Below are positions 46,405 through 57,180 of a stretch of DNA of 64,000 bases, in pieces (positions within the stretch are counted from its first letter, which is position 1; each line of letters begins with the position of its first letter). The translations under genes and the position numbers were made by a program. The notes below the pieces were generated by a model, which saw only the letters and a program-made list of their open reading frames with translations, searched no databases and was not told where the DNA came from. The DNA is from an uncultured Campylobacterales bacterium. Its GTDB lineage: Bacteria > Campylobacterota > Campylobacteria > Campylobacterales > QNZT01. The DNA lies in NCBI GenBank assembly GCA_964622255.1, contig CAZUPK010000067.1, forward strand, positions 3,979-67,978. Direction: 5' to 3'.

Positions 46405-46860
46405 GTGATTTTGGAAGAGAAGATTTTAGATAATTTGGAAAGAGGGGGGCTAAAACTTACCTCTATATCCAAAAGAAGTTTCGCATTTTTGATAGATGAT
46501 TTGATAGTTTCGCTTTTAGTATTTATCATATTTTATGACTCCATAGCATCAGCTAAAGATGTAAGAGAGATTATATTTTTGGTAAATAATGCCTTTTTGC
46601 ATATTATATCCATAAAGATTTTATATCATACCTTCTTTGTTTGGCACTATGGTGCTACTATGGGGAAAATGTTTTTTAAGATGCGAGTTGTTGATGAAAA
46701 AAATTTTTTAAAACCGGACTTTTTTCACTCATTTTTAAGGGCAGTTGTTAGGATAGTTAGTGAGAGTCTTTTTTATCTTGGATTTTTATGGGGAGTTTTT
46801 ATGGAAACTCGTCAAACTTGGCATGATAAGTTGGCAAAAACTTTGGTGATAGATGTATAA
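46405..46860 (+). CDS. RDD-family membrane protein
   Basis: 151 aa, GTG start directly after the purD stop. KRSFAFLIDDLIV, three hydrophobic segments, WHDKLAKTLV. Confidence 0.7.
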   Translation: MILEEKILDNLERGGLKLTSISKRSFAFLIDDLIVSLLVFIIFYDSIASAKDVREIIFLVNNAFLHIISIKILYHTFFVWHYGATMGKMFFKMRVVDEKNFLKPDFFHSFLRAVVRIVSESLFYLGFLWGVFMETRQTWHDKLAKTLVIDV

Positions 46861-48928
46861 AAAAGTTTTTTTTTCACTTTCTTTAGTTTCGGCACTCTAT
46901 GCTAGTGATAGATATATTATGTATGCTCTAAATGTTGAAAGTTTAGGGGATAAAGTTTATGCAAATGGGAGTGTGGTTATCTATCACGACGGAAGTGTTT
47001 ATCGTGCTAAAAGTGCAGTTTATGATAGAAAAACAAAACTCCTAAAGCTTCTTGATGATGTAACTGTAATACAAAAAAAATCTATAGTAAAAAGTAAAAA
47101 TATCGATATAAAGGTTGGTTTAGATGGTATAAATAGTGATAAATTTTTTATTTTTGATAGTAGTAGCGGTTTGTGGCTTAGGGGGAGTAAGTATTTTAAC
47201 AAGGGTAAGGATATACAGATCATAAAAAATAGTGAAATTTCAAGTTGTGATGTTCAAAATCCCGATTGGAAGATACTATTTTCAAAAGCAAAATATAACA
47301 AAAATATAGAGTTTATTTCACTATATAAACCAACATTTTACTTTAAAGGAAAACCTATTTTTGGACTGCCTTTTTTTGCCTTTCCTACCGTTAGAAAAAG
47401 AACGAGCGGACTTTTAAGACCACAGTTTGGGTTAAAAGTTGATAGTGGTTTTATATATATGCAACCATATTTTTATGCACCTAAAAAGAACTGGGATATA
47501 GAGATAACTCCCCAAATACGAACAAAAAGGGGTGAGGGACTATATTCAACACTATTATTTGTAGATACTCCATATTCTAAAGGTAAGCTAACATTTGGTA
47601 GTTTTTATGATAAAAAAGGTTTTTATCATAGTAAAAATTTAAAAAATAGCTCCCATTATGGTTTTGATTTTTTATATAAAAGCACCAAAGTCTTTGACAA
47701 ATACTATAAAAGCAGTAGTGAAGATGGTTTATGGATAGATTTTCACTATTTAAATGATATAGATTATGAAAACTTAAAAGATATCAATATAAAATCCTTA
47801 AACAAACTTGTTACTTCTAGATTCAACTACTTTTTTAAAAGAGATAGAGATTATATAGGAGTTTATGGAAAATATTTTATAGATACAGATAAAGATGATA
47901 ACTCTAACACTCTTCAGGAGTTACCAACCTTTCAATATCATAAGTTTACAACTACTTTGCCACTAAAAAATCTTATATACTCTATAGATTGTAAAGCAAA
48001 AAACAACTATAGAAAGGATGGTTTAAATGCTACTATGTATGAGGTAAATTTTCCACTAAAGTTGGACTTGCCTCTTTTGTCAAATTATTTAAATTTTTCC
48101 ATATCCGAAAATCTTTATTATAGTAAGATTAAGTATGCTAACAGAGCAAATGTAAATATAGGTGATGTTACTTATTTTAGTAATTATCACAAATTTATCT
48201 TAAATTCAGATTTAACCAAGCAATATAAAGATTTTATTCATAATATTCAGTTAGAAGCAAGTTTACAAGTTCCGTCATTTGAAGATAAAACAGGAGATAT
48301 AGCTGACTTTATAAGTATCAATAAGGAGGAAAAAAATCTAAAGCTCAGTGCTAATCAATACTTTTATAATTATAAAAACTTTAACACATTAACTATAAGA
48401 ACAAATCAAATGGTATATTTAAAAAGGGATAATGAAAAATATGGTGATATTTTTAATGAAATAATCTATAATTATTCGAAAACTTTTTCTGTGCATGAAA
48501 ATGTAGATTTCTCGAGTAGATATAATAAGATAAAAAAGATTCAATCAACATTAAATTATCGTGATGATTTTTATAATTTTTCACTATCTCATACTCATCA
48601 AAATGTTCCGAATGAAAAAAAGATAAATTATTTAACAACAAGTTTAAAATTAAATCTTTTAAATGGCTATGAGTTAGAATCTAGTTTGGATTATGATATT
48701 AAAAGAAAAATAACTCGCTCTTGGAGCACAAAACTTTATAAGGACAATGGTTGTTGGAATTATAGTATAAAATACAAAGAGAGTATAATACCTATATTTA
48801 CAAGTGCAGGAGTTCAAAGCTATAAAAACAAGGGATTGTACTTTTTAGTAAATTTTGCTAATATAGGAGGTATATCATACGAATACACTCGAGATGATAT
48901 TAGTAGTGGTGGAGAAAATAATGAGTAA
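46853..48928 (+). CDS. lptD: LPS-assembly outer-membrane protein LptD/OstA
   Basis: 691 aa. Signal peptide, OstA-like N-domain, PDWKILFSKAKYNK..FKGKPIFGLPFFAFPT, long Y/N/F-rich beta-barrel region. Confidence 0.8.
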   Translation: MYKKVFFSLSLVSALYASDRYIMYALNVESLGDKVYANGSVVIYHDGSVYRAKSAVYDRKTKLLKLLDDVTVIQKKSIVKSKNIDIKVGLDGINSDKFFIFDSSSGLWLRGSKYFNKGKDIQIIKNSEISSCDVQNPDWKILFSKAKYNKNIEFISLYKPTFYFKGKPIFGLPFFAFPTVRKRTSGLLRPQFGLKVDSGFIYMQPYFYAPKKNWDIEITPQIRTKRGEGLYSTLLFVDTPYSKGKLTFGSFYDKKGFYHSKNLKNSSHYGFDFLYKSTKVFDKYYKSSSEDGLWIDFHYLNDIDYENLKDINIKSLNKLVTSRFNYFFKRDRDYIGVYGKYFIDTDKDDNSNTLQELPTFQYHKFTTTLPLKNLIYSIDCKAKNNYRKDGLNATMYEVNFPLKLDLPLLSNYLNFSISENLYYSKIKYANRANVNIGDVTYFSNYHKFILNSDLTKQYKDFIHNIQLEASLQVPSFEDKTGDIADFISINKEEKNLKLSANQYFYNYKNFNTLTIRTNQMVYLKRDNEKYGDIFNEIIYNYSKTFSVHENVDFSSRYNKIKKIQSTLNYRDDFYNFSLSHTHQNVPNEKKINYLTTSLKLNLLNGYELESSLDYDIKRKITRSWSTKLYKDNGCWNYSIKYKESIIPIFTSAGVQSYKNKGLYFLVNFANIGGISYEYTRDDISSGGENNE

Positions 48929-50288
48929 AGAGGCACAAGTAGGTTTTTTTGTTTTTATTGGTTTGGTTCTACTGTTTTTACTTTCAACTCAAGTTGGTAG
49001 CTTTAAAAATCTTTCAAAGGAGGGATATAGTTTAAGGACATATTTACATACAGCTTCAGGACTTGAAAAAAATGCTAAAGTAAAGGCAAATGGATTGGAT
49101 ATAGGATATGTTCAAGATTTATATATTGATGGTGATAGAGTAGTTGCTAAACTTTTTGTTTATAGTGGAGCAAAAATACCTACTGATTCAAAAGTAAGGA
49201 TAGAACAAAGTTCTATGCTTGGAGGAAAGTTTATAAATATAAATCTAGGACATAAAAAAGAGTTTCTATCTAAAAATAGTTTTATTTTGGCACAAGAACC
49301 TCTTGCATCTTTTGACGAAGCTAGTGATTCTATAAAAAAGGCTGCAGACGAATTTAAATTTTTTATAAAAGATTTAAAAGATGTTTTGGGAGAAGAAGAA
49401 AAAGCAAGTCTTAAAAGAACCATTTTAAATCTTGAAGTTACTTTAAAACATTTTGATGATATGGCAAAGGGTATAAAAGAAACAAGTGATAAATTTTCAC
49501 ATACTGCAGATATTATAAATAATCGTCTTCCGAGTATTGCCAAAAATCTTGATATCTTAATAAAAGATCTTAAAAATAAAGCTCCTAAATTGATGGCTAA
49601 GTTTGAAGTGATAGAAAATCAAATAAATGGTATCTTGGCTGAAAATAGAAAAGGTATAAAATCTGCTATAACAAATGTAGATGATTTCTTTGCTGATGGT
49701 AAAAAAGCTGTTCAAAAGATAGATGATTTGTTAGCAACTGTTGATAAAGTAAAGCTTGAAATGGGTATGAGAAGTGAATATCAGTCATCTGATGGTTACC
49801 AAAAGGGTTATCTTGATTTAGACTATGTGCCAAATGATACTAAAAAATATAAGTTTTCTATAACTTCTATGGATGATTACAGCAGACTTGATAGTAGCGG
49901 CAACTATATTAAACCAAAACTACACGATGAGTCAAAGATGCTTTTTTCTGCACAAATTGCCAAGAGATATGGAGATTTGGAGTTTAGAACCGGACTTATC
50001 GAAAGCACAGTTGGAGCAGGAGCTGACTACTATCTTTTAAATGATAACTTAAAACTCAGTGCAGAGATTTTTGACTTTAATGCTGAGAATGATGTAAGAG
50101 GTGACAATGCCCACACTAAAATTAGTGGAAGATGGACTTTTTTGAAGCATTTAGATATATATGCAGGATATGATAACTTTTTAAATAAAGAGAGTGAAAA
50201 TGCCTTTGTAGGAATTGGTTTTCATTTCTTGGATGATGATCTAAAAAGGCTTATTATGAGTCAAAGTATAGGGAGTATGGTGAGGTGA
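48921..50288 (+). CDS. MlaD/MCE-domain protein with long C-terminal extension
   Basis: Start taken at ATG 48921 (MSKEAQVGFFVFIGLVLLFLL). MCE domain ..SGLEKNAKVKANGLDIGYVQDLYIDGDRVVAKL, then a helical stretch, then an aromatic/Gly-rich beta-like C-terminus. Confidence 0.75.
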   Translation: MSKEAQVGFFVFIGLVLLFLLSTQVGSFKNLSKEGYSLRTYLHTASGLEKNAKVKANGLDIGYVQDLYIDGDRVVAKLFVYSGAKIPTDSKVRIEQSSMLGGKFININLGHKKEFLSKNSFILAQEPLASFDEASDSIKKAADEFKFFIKDLKDVLGEEEKASLKRTILNLEVTLKHFDDMAKGIKETSDKFSHTADIINNRLPSIAKNLDILIKDLKNKAPKLMAKFEVIENQINGILAENRKGIKSAITNVDDFFADGKKAVQKIDDLLATVDKVKLEMGMRSEYQSSDGYQKGYLDLDYVPNDTKKYKFSITSMDDYSRLDSSGNYIKPKLHDESKMLFSAQIAKRYGDLEFRTGLIESTVGAGADYYLLNDNLKLSAEIFDFNAENDVRGDNAHTKISGRWTFLKHLDIYAGYDNFLNKESENAFVGIGFHFLDDDLKRLIMSQSIGSMVR

Positions 50289-50548
50289 TAGAGAGGGAGT
50301 TTGAAAAAGCTCTTTTGTTTATGGACCTAGCTCCATTTGTAACTTTTGGTGAGATAAAAAAGAGGTATAGAGAGTTAAGTAAAAAATATCACCCTGACTT
50401 TGGTGGTGATAAAGATAAGATGGATAAGTTAAACAATGCTTACAATCTTTTAAAAGAGTATATAGAAAATTATCGATTTACTTTTGGAAAAGATGAGATT
50501 CAAAAACAACATATGGGTAGTGATTATGCAAATAGATTTAGATTTTGA
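50285..50548 (+). CDS. J-domain protein
   Basis: 87 aa. IKKRYRELSKKYHPDFGGD (HPD motif). Start overlaps the upstream stop. Confidence 0.7.
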   Translation: MIEREFEKALLFMDLAPFVTFGEIKKRYRELSKKYHPDFGGDKDKMDKLNNAYNLLKEYIENYRFTFGKDEIQKQHMGSDYANRFRF

Positions 50549-50653
50549 ATATCTATATAAAGATAGAAAGGATTTCATATTATTTTGAAAACTTTGAAGG
50601 TGTAAATATGGATGAATTGAGATATGAACTAGAAAAAAGGAGAATGAATATAA

Positions 50654-52864
50654 ATGGCTGATGTAGTTAAAATAGATTTTGGAAATAAAAAAGAGATTTA
50701 TGAGTTAAACAAATATGCAAAACAAGCTGCAGGGTCTGCTTGGGTAAGAGAGGGTGATGCTGTTGTTTTAGCAACTGTTTCAAGAGATGATGAACAAGTT
50801 GATGAAGACTTTTTACCTTTAACAGTCCAGTATATAGAAAAAAGTTATGCAGCCGCAAAGATTCCGGGTGGATTTATAAAAAGAGAGACAAAGCCAAGTG
50901 ATTTTGAAACCTTAACCTCAAGAATCATTGATAGAAGTTTAAGACCGCTTTTCCCAAAAGGTTATGCATATCCAACTCAAATAGTAGTTTTTGTTTTAAG
51001 TAGTGATCCGGAGGTTGATCTTCAAGTTTTAGCACTAAATGCTGCAAGTGTAGCTTTAACTTTAAGTGATCTTCCTATAGAAAAAGAGGTTGTTGGGGTT
51101 AGAGTTGGAAGAACAAACGGAGAGTTTATCATAAATCCTACAAACTCTCAACTTGAGAGATCAACTTTAGATCTTTATGTAGCAGGAACAAAGGATGAAC
51201 TTCTTATGATAGAGATGAGAAGTATAGCAAGTGATGAGCCTGAACTTATACCGACTATAGATGATCTTTTAGTCGGAGTAGGTAGTGAAAATATAGTAAC
51301 TATTCATAAGATGAATGAACTATCAAATGAAGAAATGATAGAGGCCATAGAAATAGCGAGTGAGTTTATATTTAAGAGTGCTAAAAAAAGAGAAGAGACT
51401 CTTAAGTCTTTTAGAAAAAAAAAGTTGCAGTTAGAGTTAAAAAAAGACATAGAGTCCCAAGAACTTTATAATTTTATAGAACAAAACTATATAGATAAGG
51501 TAAAAGATGCCATAACTCAGATGGCAAAGAGTGAAAGAGCTGTCCATCTTCAAAGAATAGCTGAAGAGATAGTTAAACTTGATATCTCAGTAGAAAAAGA
51601 GTGGAATAAAGAGCTTATAGAAAAAACTTTAGATAAGTATAAAAGAACTATCGTTAGAGCTATGATTTTAGAAGAGGGAAGAAGAGCGGATGGAAGAGGG
51701 CTTAAAGATGTTCGTCAAATAGATATAGAAACAAACATCCTCCCATCAGTTCATAGCTCTTGTCTTTTTACAAGAGGGCAAACTCAAGCACTTGTAACTT
51801 TGACTTTGGGTAATAGTAAAGATGCACAGATGTATGATAGACTTACTTCAAAAGATAGTGAGTATGAAAACTTTATGGTGCACTATAATTTTCCGGGATT
51901 TTCAGTTGGAGAGGCTAGTCCTTTAAGAGCTCCCGGAAGAAGAGAACTAGGACACGGAAACTTGGCTAAAAGGGCATTGGAGCCATCTTTGGAACTCGAT
52001 AGTGATACTACTGTGAGACTTGTTTCAGAGATTTTAGAATCAAACGGTTCAAGCTCTATGGCAACGGTTTGTGGTGGAAGTTTAGCTTTAAAAGCAGCAG
52101 GGTTGGAAACTACTAAACTTGTAGCCGGAGTTGCTATGGGACTTATAGTTGAGGGTGATAAAAAGGCTATATTAACTGATATTATGGGACTTGAAGATCA
52201 CAATGGAGATATGGATTTTAAAGTAACTGGAAGTCGTGATGGTATAACTGCTATGCAGATGGATATAAAACTAGGTGGGATAGATAATGAAACTTTAAAA
52301 GATGCACTAAATCAAGCAAAAGAGGCAAGAGAGCATATCCTATCTATTATGGAAGAGGCTGAAAAAAATATAGTTTTAAATGAAAATGCACTTCCAAGTG
52401 CTATAAGTTTTCACTTAGATCCATCAACTTTTGGTAGCATCATAGGACAAGCAGGAAAAACTATAAAAGAGATTATAGAGAGGTTTGAGGTTGCTATAGA
52501 CCTTGATAGAGATAGTGGTAAGGTAAAAGTTGAGGGTAACTCTAAAGAGAAGTGCGAGGCTGCAAAAGAGCATATCATCGAACTTTCAAAGAAAAAGAGT
52601 GGTGGACATCAAAGAAGAGAAAAAAGAGATATTCCTCACTTTAGTGAGGGAAAGGTTTTTGATGGAAAAGTTGTTAGAATAGCTCCTTTTGGTGCTTTTG
52701 TAGAGCTTCCGGGTGGTATAGACGGACTCTTACATATATCAAAGCTCTCTGATGATAGAGTAGAAAAAGTTACAGATGTGGTAAATGAGGGAGATAGAGT
52801 CAAAGTTAAAATCCTTTCACAAAAGGGTGAAAAAGTTGAACTTGCTTTGATAGAAAAGCTTTAA
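50654..52864 (+). CDS. pnp: polyribonucleotide nucleotidyltransferase (PNPase)
   Basis: 736 aa. Two RNase PH domains (RADGR, GSSSMA), KH ([11 protein letters not shown]), S1 ([15 protein letters not shown]). Confidence 0.95.
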   Translation: MADVVKIDFGNKKEIYELNKYAKQAAGSAWVREGDAVVLATVSRDDEQVDEDFLPLTVQYIEKSYAAAKIPGGFIKRETKPSDFETLTSRIIDRSLRPLFPKGYAYPTQIVVFVLSSDPEVDLQVLALNAASVALTLSDLPIEKEVVGVRVGRTNGEFIINPTNSQLERSTLDLYVAGTKDELLMIEMRSIASDEPELIPTIDDLLVGVGSENIVTIHKMNELSNEEMIEAIEIASEFIFKSAKKREETLKSFRKKKLQLELKKDIESQELYNFIEQNYIDKVKDAITQMAKSERAVHLQRIAEEIVKLDISVEKEWNKELIEKTLDKYKRTIVRAMILEEGRRADGRGLKDVRQIDIETNILPSVHSSCLFTRGQTQALVTLTLGNSKDAQMYDRLTSKDSEYENFMVHYNFPGFSVGEASPLRAPGRRELGHGNLAKRALEPSLELDSDTTVRLVSEILESNGSSSMATVCGGSLALKAAGLETTKLVAGVAMGLIVEGDKKAILTDIMGLEDHNGDMDFKVTGSRDGITAMQMDIKLGGIDNETLKDALNQAKEAREHILSIMEEAEKNIVLNENALPSAISFHLDPSTFGSIIGQAGKTIKEIIERFEVAIDLDRDSGKVKVEGNSKEKCEAAKEHIIELSKKKSGGHQRREKRDIPHFSEGKVFDGKVVRIAPFGAFVELPGGIDGLLHISKLSDDRVEKVTDVVNEGDRVKVKILSQKGEKVELALIEKL

Positions 52865-52960
52865 GTTTTTTTTGCTATCATTTTGTCGCAAAGTGATAAG
52901 TAGGGATACGCAAGCCGAACGGATTTTGCAAGAATAAAATATTTTATAAGGAGTCTTTTT

Positions 52961-53266
52961 ATGAAAAAGATATTATTTTTGATGGTTGCAATTGCTACGG
53001 TTGCATTTGCAAATGAGTCTGCTGGTGAGATGCTTAAAGCATACAGTGTTGTTGCTGCTGGTGTTGGTCTTGGACTTGCAGCTTTGGGTGGGGCTATTGG
53101 TATGGGTCATACTGCGGCTGCTACTATAGCTGGTACTGCAAGAAATCCGGGTCTTGGTGGAAAACTTATGACTACGATGTTTATCGCACTAGCAATGATT
53201 GAGGCACAGGTTATCTATGCACTAGTTATTGCACTAATCGCACTTTATGCAAATCCATTTATGTAA
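52961..53266 (+). CDS. atpE: F0F1 ATP synthase subunit c
   Basis: 101 aa. Hairpin with GLAALGGAIGMG, ARNPG loop and MIEAQVIYALVIAL (ion-binding Glu). Confidence 0.9.
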   Translation: MKKILFLMVAIATVAFANESAGEMLKAYSVVAAGVGLGLAALGGAIGMGHTAAATIAGTARNPGLGGKLMTTMFIALAMIEAQVIYALVIALIALYANPFM

Positions 53267-53333
53267 TAGCAAATATCATAAGGCCTTTTATGGGCTTTAT
53301 GATAGCTTCTTTAAAAAAGGTTGTTTTCTTTTT

Positions 53334-53418
53334 GCGACCGTGGTGGAATCGGTAGACACGCTATCTTGAGGGGGTAGTGCCAGTAGGTGTGCGAGTTCAA
53401 ATCTCGCCGGTCGCACCA
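53334..53418 (+). tRNA. tRNA-Leu (anticodon GAG)
   Basis: Folded by hand. Acceptor GCGACCG/CGGTCGC, anticodon arm CTATC-TTGAGGG-GGTAG, long variable arm, T-arm GCGAG-TTCAAAT-CTCGC, discriminator A and encoded CCA. 85 nt. Confidence 0.9.
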
Positions 53419-53499
53419 TAAAAAACTTTTTGGCTGTTGTGGTCTGCTTTTTTAGCAAAAGCTATGCAAAAAACAGATATTAAGCTACAATCTGCATTT

Positions 53500-53565
53500 T
53501 ACTTGACAATGCTCCTTATAACCCCTACGGCTAAAGCCGAGGGCTTTACGGCGCGAAATTTGGTA
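53500..53565 (+). mobile_element. possible IS200/IS605-type tail relic downstream of tRNA-Leu
   Basis: ccctaCGGCTaaaGCCGagggctttacggcgcgaaatttggtaag. Small hairpin plus CG(C/T)GAAATTTGG, the same tip as the miniature-element repeat. Confidence 0.25.
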
Positions 53566-53571
53566 AGTTAT

Positions 53572-55152
53572 TTATATCTTAGCATAAGCAACCCATTTAC
53601 ACTCTTGTATATTTGAAAGTTTGTTTAGAGTGTCTTTAGAAATGTTATCTTCTACTAAAACAACTGCTATAGCACTTCCTTTACCATCACTTCCAAGTCT
53701 AAAGTCTGATATATTTACCTTTGCTTCGAAAAGCTCTTTACTTAGTTTTGCGATAACTCCGGGTTTATCATCATTTTTAAAAAAGATCATATTTCCCTTA
53801 GGTTTAAAGTCAAGTTGGATGGAGTTTATATTTACTATTTTTTGGATGTTCCTATCAAATACAGTTCCACCTATCGCAATAGAGTCATTTTCGGTTACTA
53901 TTTTGACCTCTATTTTATTTTTAAATACTTGTGAGTTGCTTGTGAGGGTTTTTATATCTATGCCATTTTCTTCTGCTATAAATTTTGCATTTACATAGTT
54001 TATATTTTCACCTAAAGACTCTTTTAAAGCTCCAACTACCGCGAATGTCACTAGTGAATCTATATATTTTTTAACCTCTCCAAAAGCACTTACTTGTATA
54101 GACTTTATAAAGCCCTTGTTTATTTGAACACTAAGATATGCCAACTTTTGCATAAGATCAAGATATCCTTTAAACTCATCTGGAGTTTTATTTATATCTA
54201 TAGGAAGATTTAGAGCATTTGCATAACTTGCTCCTCTTGCGGCATTTATAGCTACTTGTGCAGCTTGGATAGCAATTCTTTCTTGTGATTCTAAAGTATT
54301 TGCACCAAGATGCGGAGTTGCAGTTAGATTTTTAATATCCAAAAGCTTATGATTGGTTGCCGGTTCTTTGTTAAACACATCTATACCACAGTAGGCCACC
54401 TTACCACTTTTTAGGGCTTCATAAAGATCATCTTCGTTATAAAGTCCACCTCTGGCAACATTTATAAGTCTTACTCCATCTTTCATCTTTGCTATCTCTT
54501 TAGATGTTATCATATCGATAGTCTCTTTAGTTTTTGGAGTATGAATAGTAATAATATCACAAGATAGTATATCATCAAAATTTCTCGTATATTCTACTCC
54601 CATATCTATAGCTTTTGCAGGATCTATATATGGATCATAGGTTATAACTTCCATATCAAAGGCCATCGCTCTTTTTGCAACTCTACTCCCTATATTTCCA
54701 AAACCTATGATTCCTAGCTTTTTACCCATAAGTTCTTCACCATACCACTGCTCTCTTTTCCAAACTCTCTCAAGCTTTAAGTGATTTGCTGAATTTATAA
54801 AGTTTCTTTGAGCATTTATGATATGAGCCATAGTCATCTCAACTGCTGCTATAGTATTTGCAGTTGGGACATTCATAACTATGATACCCTTTTTACTACA
54901 TCCTTGTATATCAATATTATCAACACCAACTCCAGCTCTAACTATTGACTTTAAGTTTTGAACTGCATCTAAAAACTTTTCATCAACATCAGTTGAACTT
55001 CTAGTTATGGCTACATCTGCATCTTTTATAATATCTAAAAGTTTAGTTTTATCCTCTTTTGATGCATCTATATACTCTATATCATCAACACTATCCAATA
55101 TTTCAAATGCTTTTTTATGTAAAGCATCACAAATTACTATCTTCTTTTTCAT
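53572..55152 (-). CDS. serA: D-3-phosphoglycerate dehydrogenase
   Basis: 526 aa. NAD loop GIIGFGNIGSRVA, catalytic region LINVARGG..TPHLGA, C-terminal ACT domain. Confidence 0.9.
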   Translation of the reverse strand: MKKKIVICDALHKKAFEILDSVDDIEYIDASKEDKTKLLDIIKDADVAITRSSTDVDEKFLDAVQNLKSIVRAGVGVDNIDIQGCSKKGIIVMNVPTANTIAAVEMTMAHIINAQRNFINSANHLKLERVWKREQWYGEELMGKKLGIIGFGNIGSRVAKRAMAFDMEVITYDPYIDPAKAIDMGVEYTRNFDDILSCDIITIHTPKTKETIDMITSKEIAKMKDGVRLINVARGGLYNEDDLYEALKSGKVAYCGIDVFNKEPATNHKLLDIKNLTATPHLGANTLESQERIAIQAAQVAINAARGASYANALNLPIDINKTPDEFKGYLDLMQKLAYLSVQINKGFIKSIQVSAFGEVKKYIDSLVTFAVVGALKESLGENINYVNAKFIAEENGIDIKTLTSNSQVFKNKIEVKIVTENDSIAIGGTVFDRNIQKIVNINSIQLDFKPKGNMIFFKNDDKPGVIAKLSKELFEAKVNISDFRLGSDGKGSAIAVVLVEDNISKDTLNKLSNIQECKWVAYAKI

Positions 55153-55161
55153 TTTTTCCCC

Positions 55162-55392
55162 TTAAAAATCTAACTTATATATCGTAACAGGATATGAAAA
55201 CTTTTGATTGTTTTTTGAAATCCTCTCTATCCAACCATTATCTATATTTTGATTTTCATCTACATTTTCTTGTGTTTCTTCCATCTTCAGTGGAATAGTT
55301 GAAGGCTTTATATATTTGTATAGGACCAGCAAAAGTGTAGATAGCCCTACAAAAAGAGTTATAAAAAGTAGGTATAGTTCAGACTTTCTCAT
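55162..55392 (-). CDS. small single-TM protein, unknown function
   Basis: 76 aa. LYLLFITLFVGLSTLLLVLY. Sits between rpsA and serA in the same orientation. Confidence 0.45.
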   Translation of the reverse strand: MRKSELYLLFITLFVGLSTLLLVLYKYIKPSTIPLKMEETQENVDENQNIDNGWIERISKNNQKFSYPVTIYKLDF

Positions 55393-55419
55393 CCTATACC
55401 CTTCCCTTTTTATAACTTC

Positions 55420-57114
55420 CTATTTTTTTAGTTGATCAAAGATTATATCACCTAAAGTCGTTCTATCATTATTGTTAAACTCACTTAGAGCTTGTTTTTC
55501 TTTTAGTCTATTAACCTTTTTAGCTGACAGCCTTATCCTATTTTTTTCACTATCTATAAATACTATAGCAGCTTCTAACTCTTCACCAACTTCTATCTCA
55601 TTTGGATTTTTTGTTAAGTCTTCATTTCTTATTAGAGCATCAACACCATCTTCTATCTCAACAAAAATACCAAAATCTTTTTTATCTCTTACTTTAACTG
55701 TTAAGATATCATTGTTAGAGTAATTTTTAGCAAACCTTTGGACAGGAGACTCTTCTAACTCTCTTTTGCTTAGAGAGATATTTTCCTTTTCACTATCTAT
55801 TCTTATGATTTTAACCTCTACCTCATCACCAACTTTTAAAAGCTCTTTACACTTGGCACCTCTCTCCCAAGACGCATCCTCGTTGTGTAGAAGTCCCTCT
55901 ACAGAATCTATCTTAACAAAAGCACCAAATGATGTAACAGTAGTAACCACACCCTTTACAATATCTCCAACTTTATACTTTACTTTAAACTCATCAAATG
56001 GTTTTGGAAGAAGATTTTTTAGGCTCACTCTTAGTTTTCTTTTTTCAAAATCAAGCTCTACTATCTCAGCATCTATCTCTTGATCTATTTCAAGATAATC
56101 CCTTGGATGTTTTATATTTTTATCCCAAGAGATTTCACTTACATGTAAGAAACCTTCTACATCGTTTCCAAGATCAACAAATGCACCATAAGGCTCTATA
56201 TTTGATACTACAACTTTTACTGCATCCCCTACTTCTAACTGCTCTTTAAGCTCATCCCAAGGGTCACTAAGTGCAGCTTTTATAGATAGTGAAAGATGCC
56301 TTTTAGATTCATCATAATTTATAGGTTTTACTAAAACCTCTTCACCCTCACTGTAATGCTTAGCAGGGTTTACTGGTCCTTTATAACTTATCTCACTATA
56401 ATGAACAAGTCCATCCATACCACCAACATCAACAAACATACCATAACTTGTTATTTTTTTAATAACACCTTTTACAGGTTCATCTTTTTTTAACAACTCT
56501 TCTATTAACTTTTTTCTTCTTTCTTTGTCAGCTTCTATCAAAACTTTTCTTGAGATAACTATAGACTTACTATCTTTATCCACTTTTACAACTTTTGCTT
56601 TTATCTTTTTACCTATCAAAGACTTACTATCTTTTAAGTAAGCTTGACTTTTTGGCATAAAATATTCAACATTTTCATTATTTTCTACAATATAACCACC
56701 CTTGTTTTTACCAATGATCGAACCACTCACAATATACTCTTTATTTTTATCATAACTATTTATAAACTCTTCTATTTTTTTTGTCTTTAAAGCTTTTTTA
56801 TATGACAGATAAGGTCTTTCATTTTTATAACCATTGATAGCAACTACGATGTCGTCACCCTCTTTAAATATCAAGTTGCCTTTTTTATCAGTTATCTCAC
56901 TTTTATACAGTAAACCCTCTTGCTTTTTACCAACATCAACCAAGACACTATCTTCATCATCTTTTATAGATACTATCCTACCAGTTAGTATATTGCCATC
57001 TTTATCAGACTTTACTGACTCTTCAAACATTTGAGCAAAGTTATCCTCTTCGCCTAAATCCATACTCTCTATCTCTGCTTTACTTAGAACTTTGGAGTTC
57101 ACCTCACTAATCAT
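55420..57114 (-). CDS. rpsA: 30S ribosomal protein S1
   Basis: 564 aa. Six S1 repeats (e.g. GVIKKITSYGMFVDVGGMDGLVHYSEIS, GVVTTVTSFGAFVKIDSVEGLLH). Confidence 0.9.
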   Translation of the reverse strand: MISEVNSKVLSKAEIESMDLGEEDNFAQMFEESVKSDKDGNILTGRIVSIKDDEDSVLVDVGKKQEGLLYKSEITDKKGNLIFKEGDDIVVAINGYKNERPYLSYKKALKTKKIEEFINSYDKNKEYIVSGSIIGKNKGGYIVENNENVEYFMPKSQAYLKDSKSLIGKKIKAKVVKVDKDSKSIVISRKVLIEADKERRKKLIEELLKKDEPVKGVIKKITSYGMFVDVGGMDGLVHYSEISYKGPVNPAKHYSEGEEVLVKPINYDESKRHLSLSIKAALSDPWDELKEQLEVGDAVKVVVSNIEPYGAFVDLGNDVEGFLHVSEISWDKNIKHPRDYLEIDQEIDAEIVELDFEKRKLRVSLKNLLPKPFDEFKVKYKVGDIVKGVVTTVTSFGAFVKIDSVEGLLHNEDASWERGAKCKELLKVGDEVEVKIIRIDSEKENISLSKRELEESPVQRFAKNYSNNDILTVKVRDKKDFGIFVEIEDGVDALIRNEDLTKNPNEIEVGEELEAAIVFIDSEKNRIRLSAKKVNRLKEKQALSEFNNNDRTTLGDIIFDQLKK

Positions 57115-57180
57115 TCTCTTCCTTTGTTAAAAATTTTTTCTCATTATACATAAATATCTTTATAGTTTTTGAAAATATAA

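Noticed and set aside
50608-50661. 17-codon upstream ORF ([17 protein letters not shown]) overlapping the pnp start.
   Set aside because: It has no SD of its own, and the sequence looks like ordinary A-rich leader containing the pnp SD. Nothing indicates a regulatory leader peptide.
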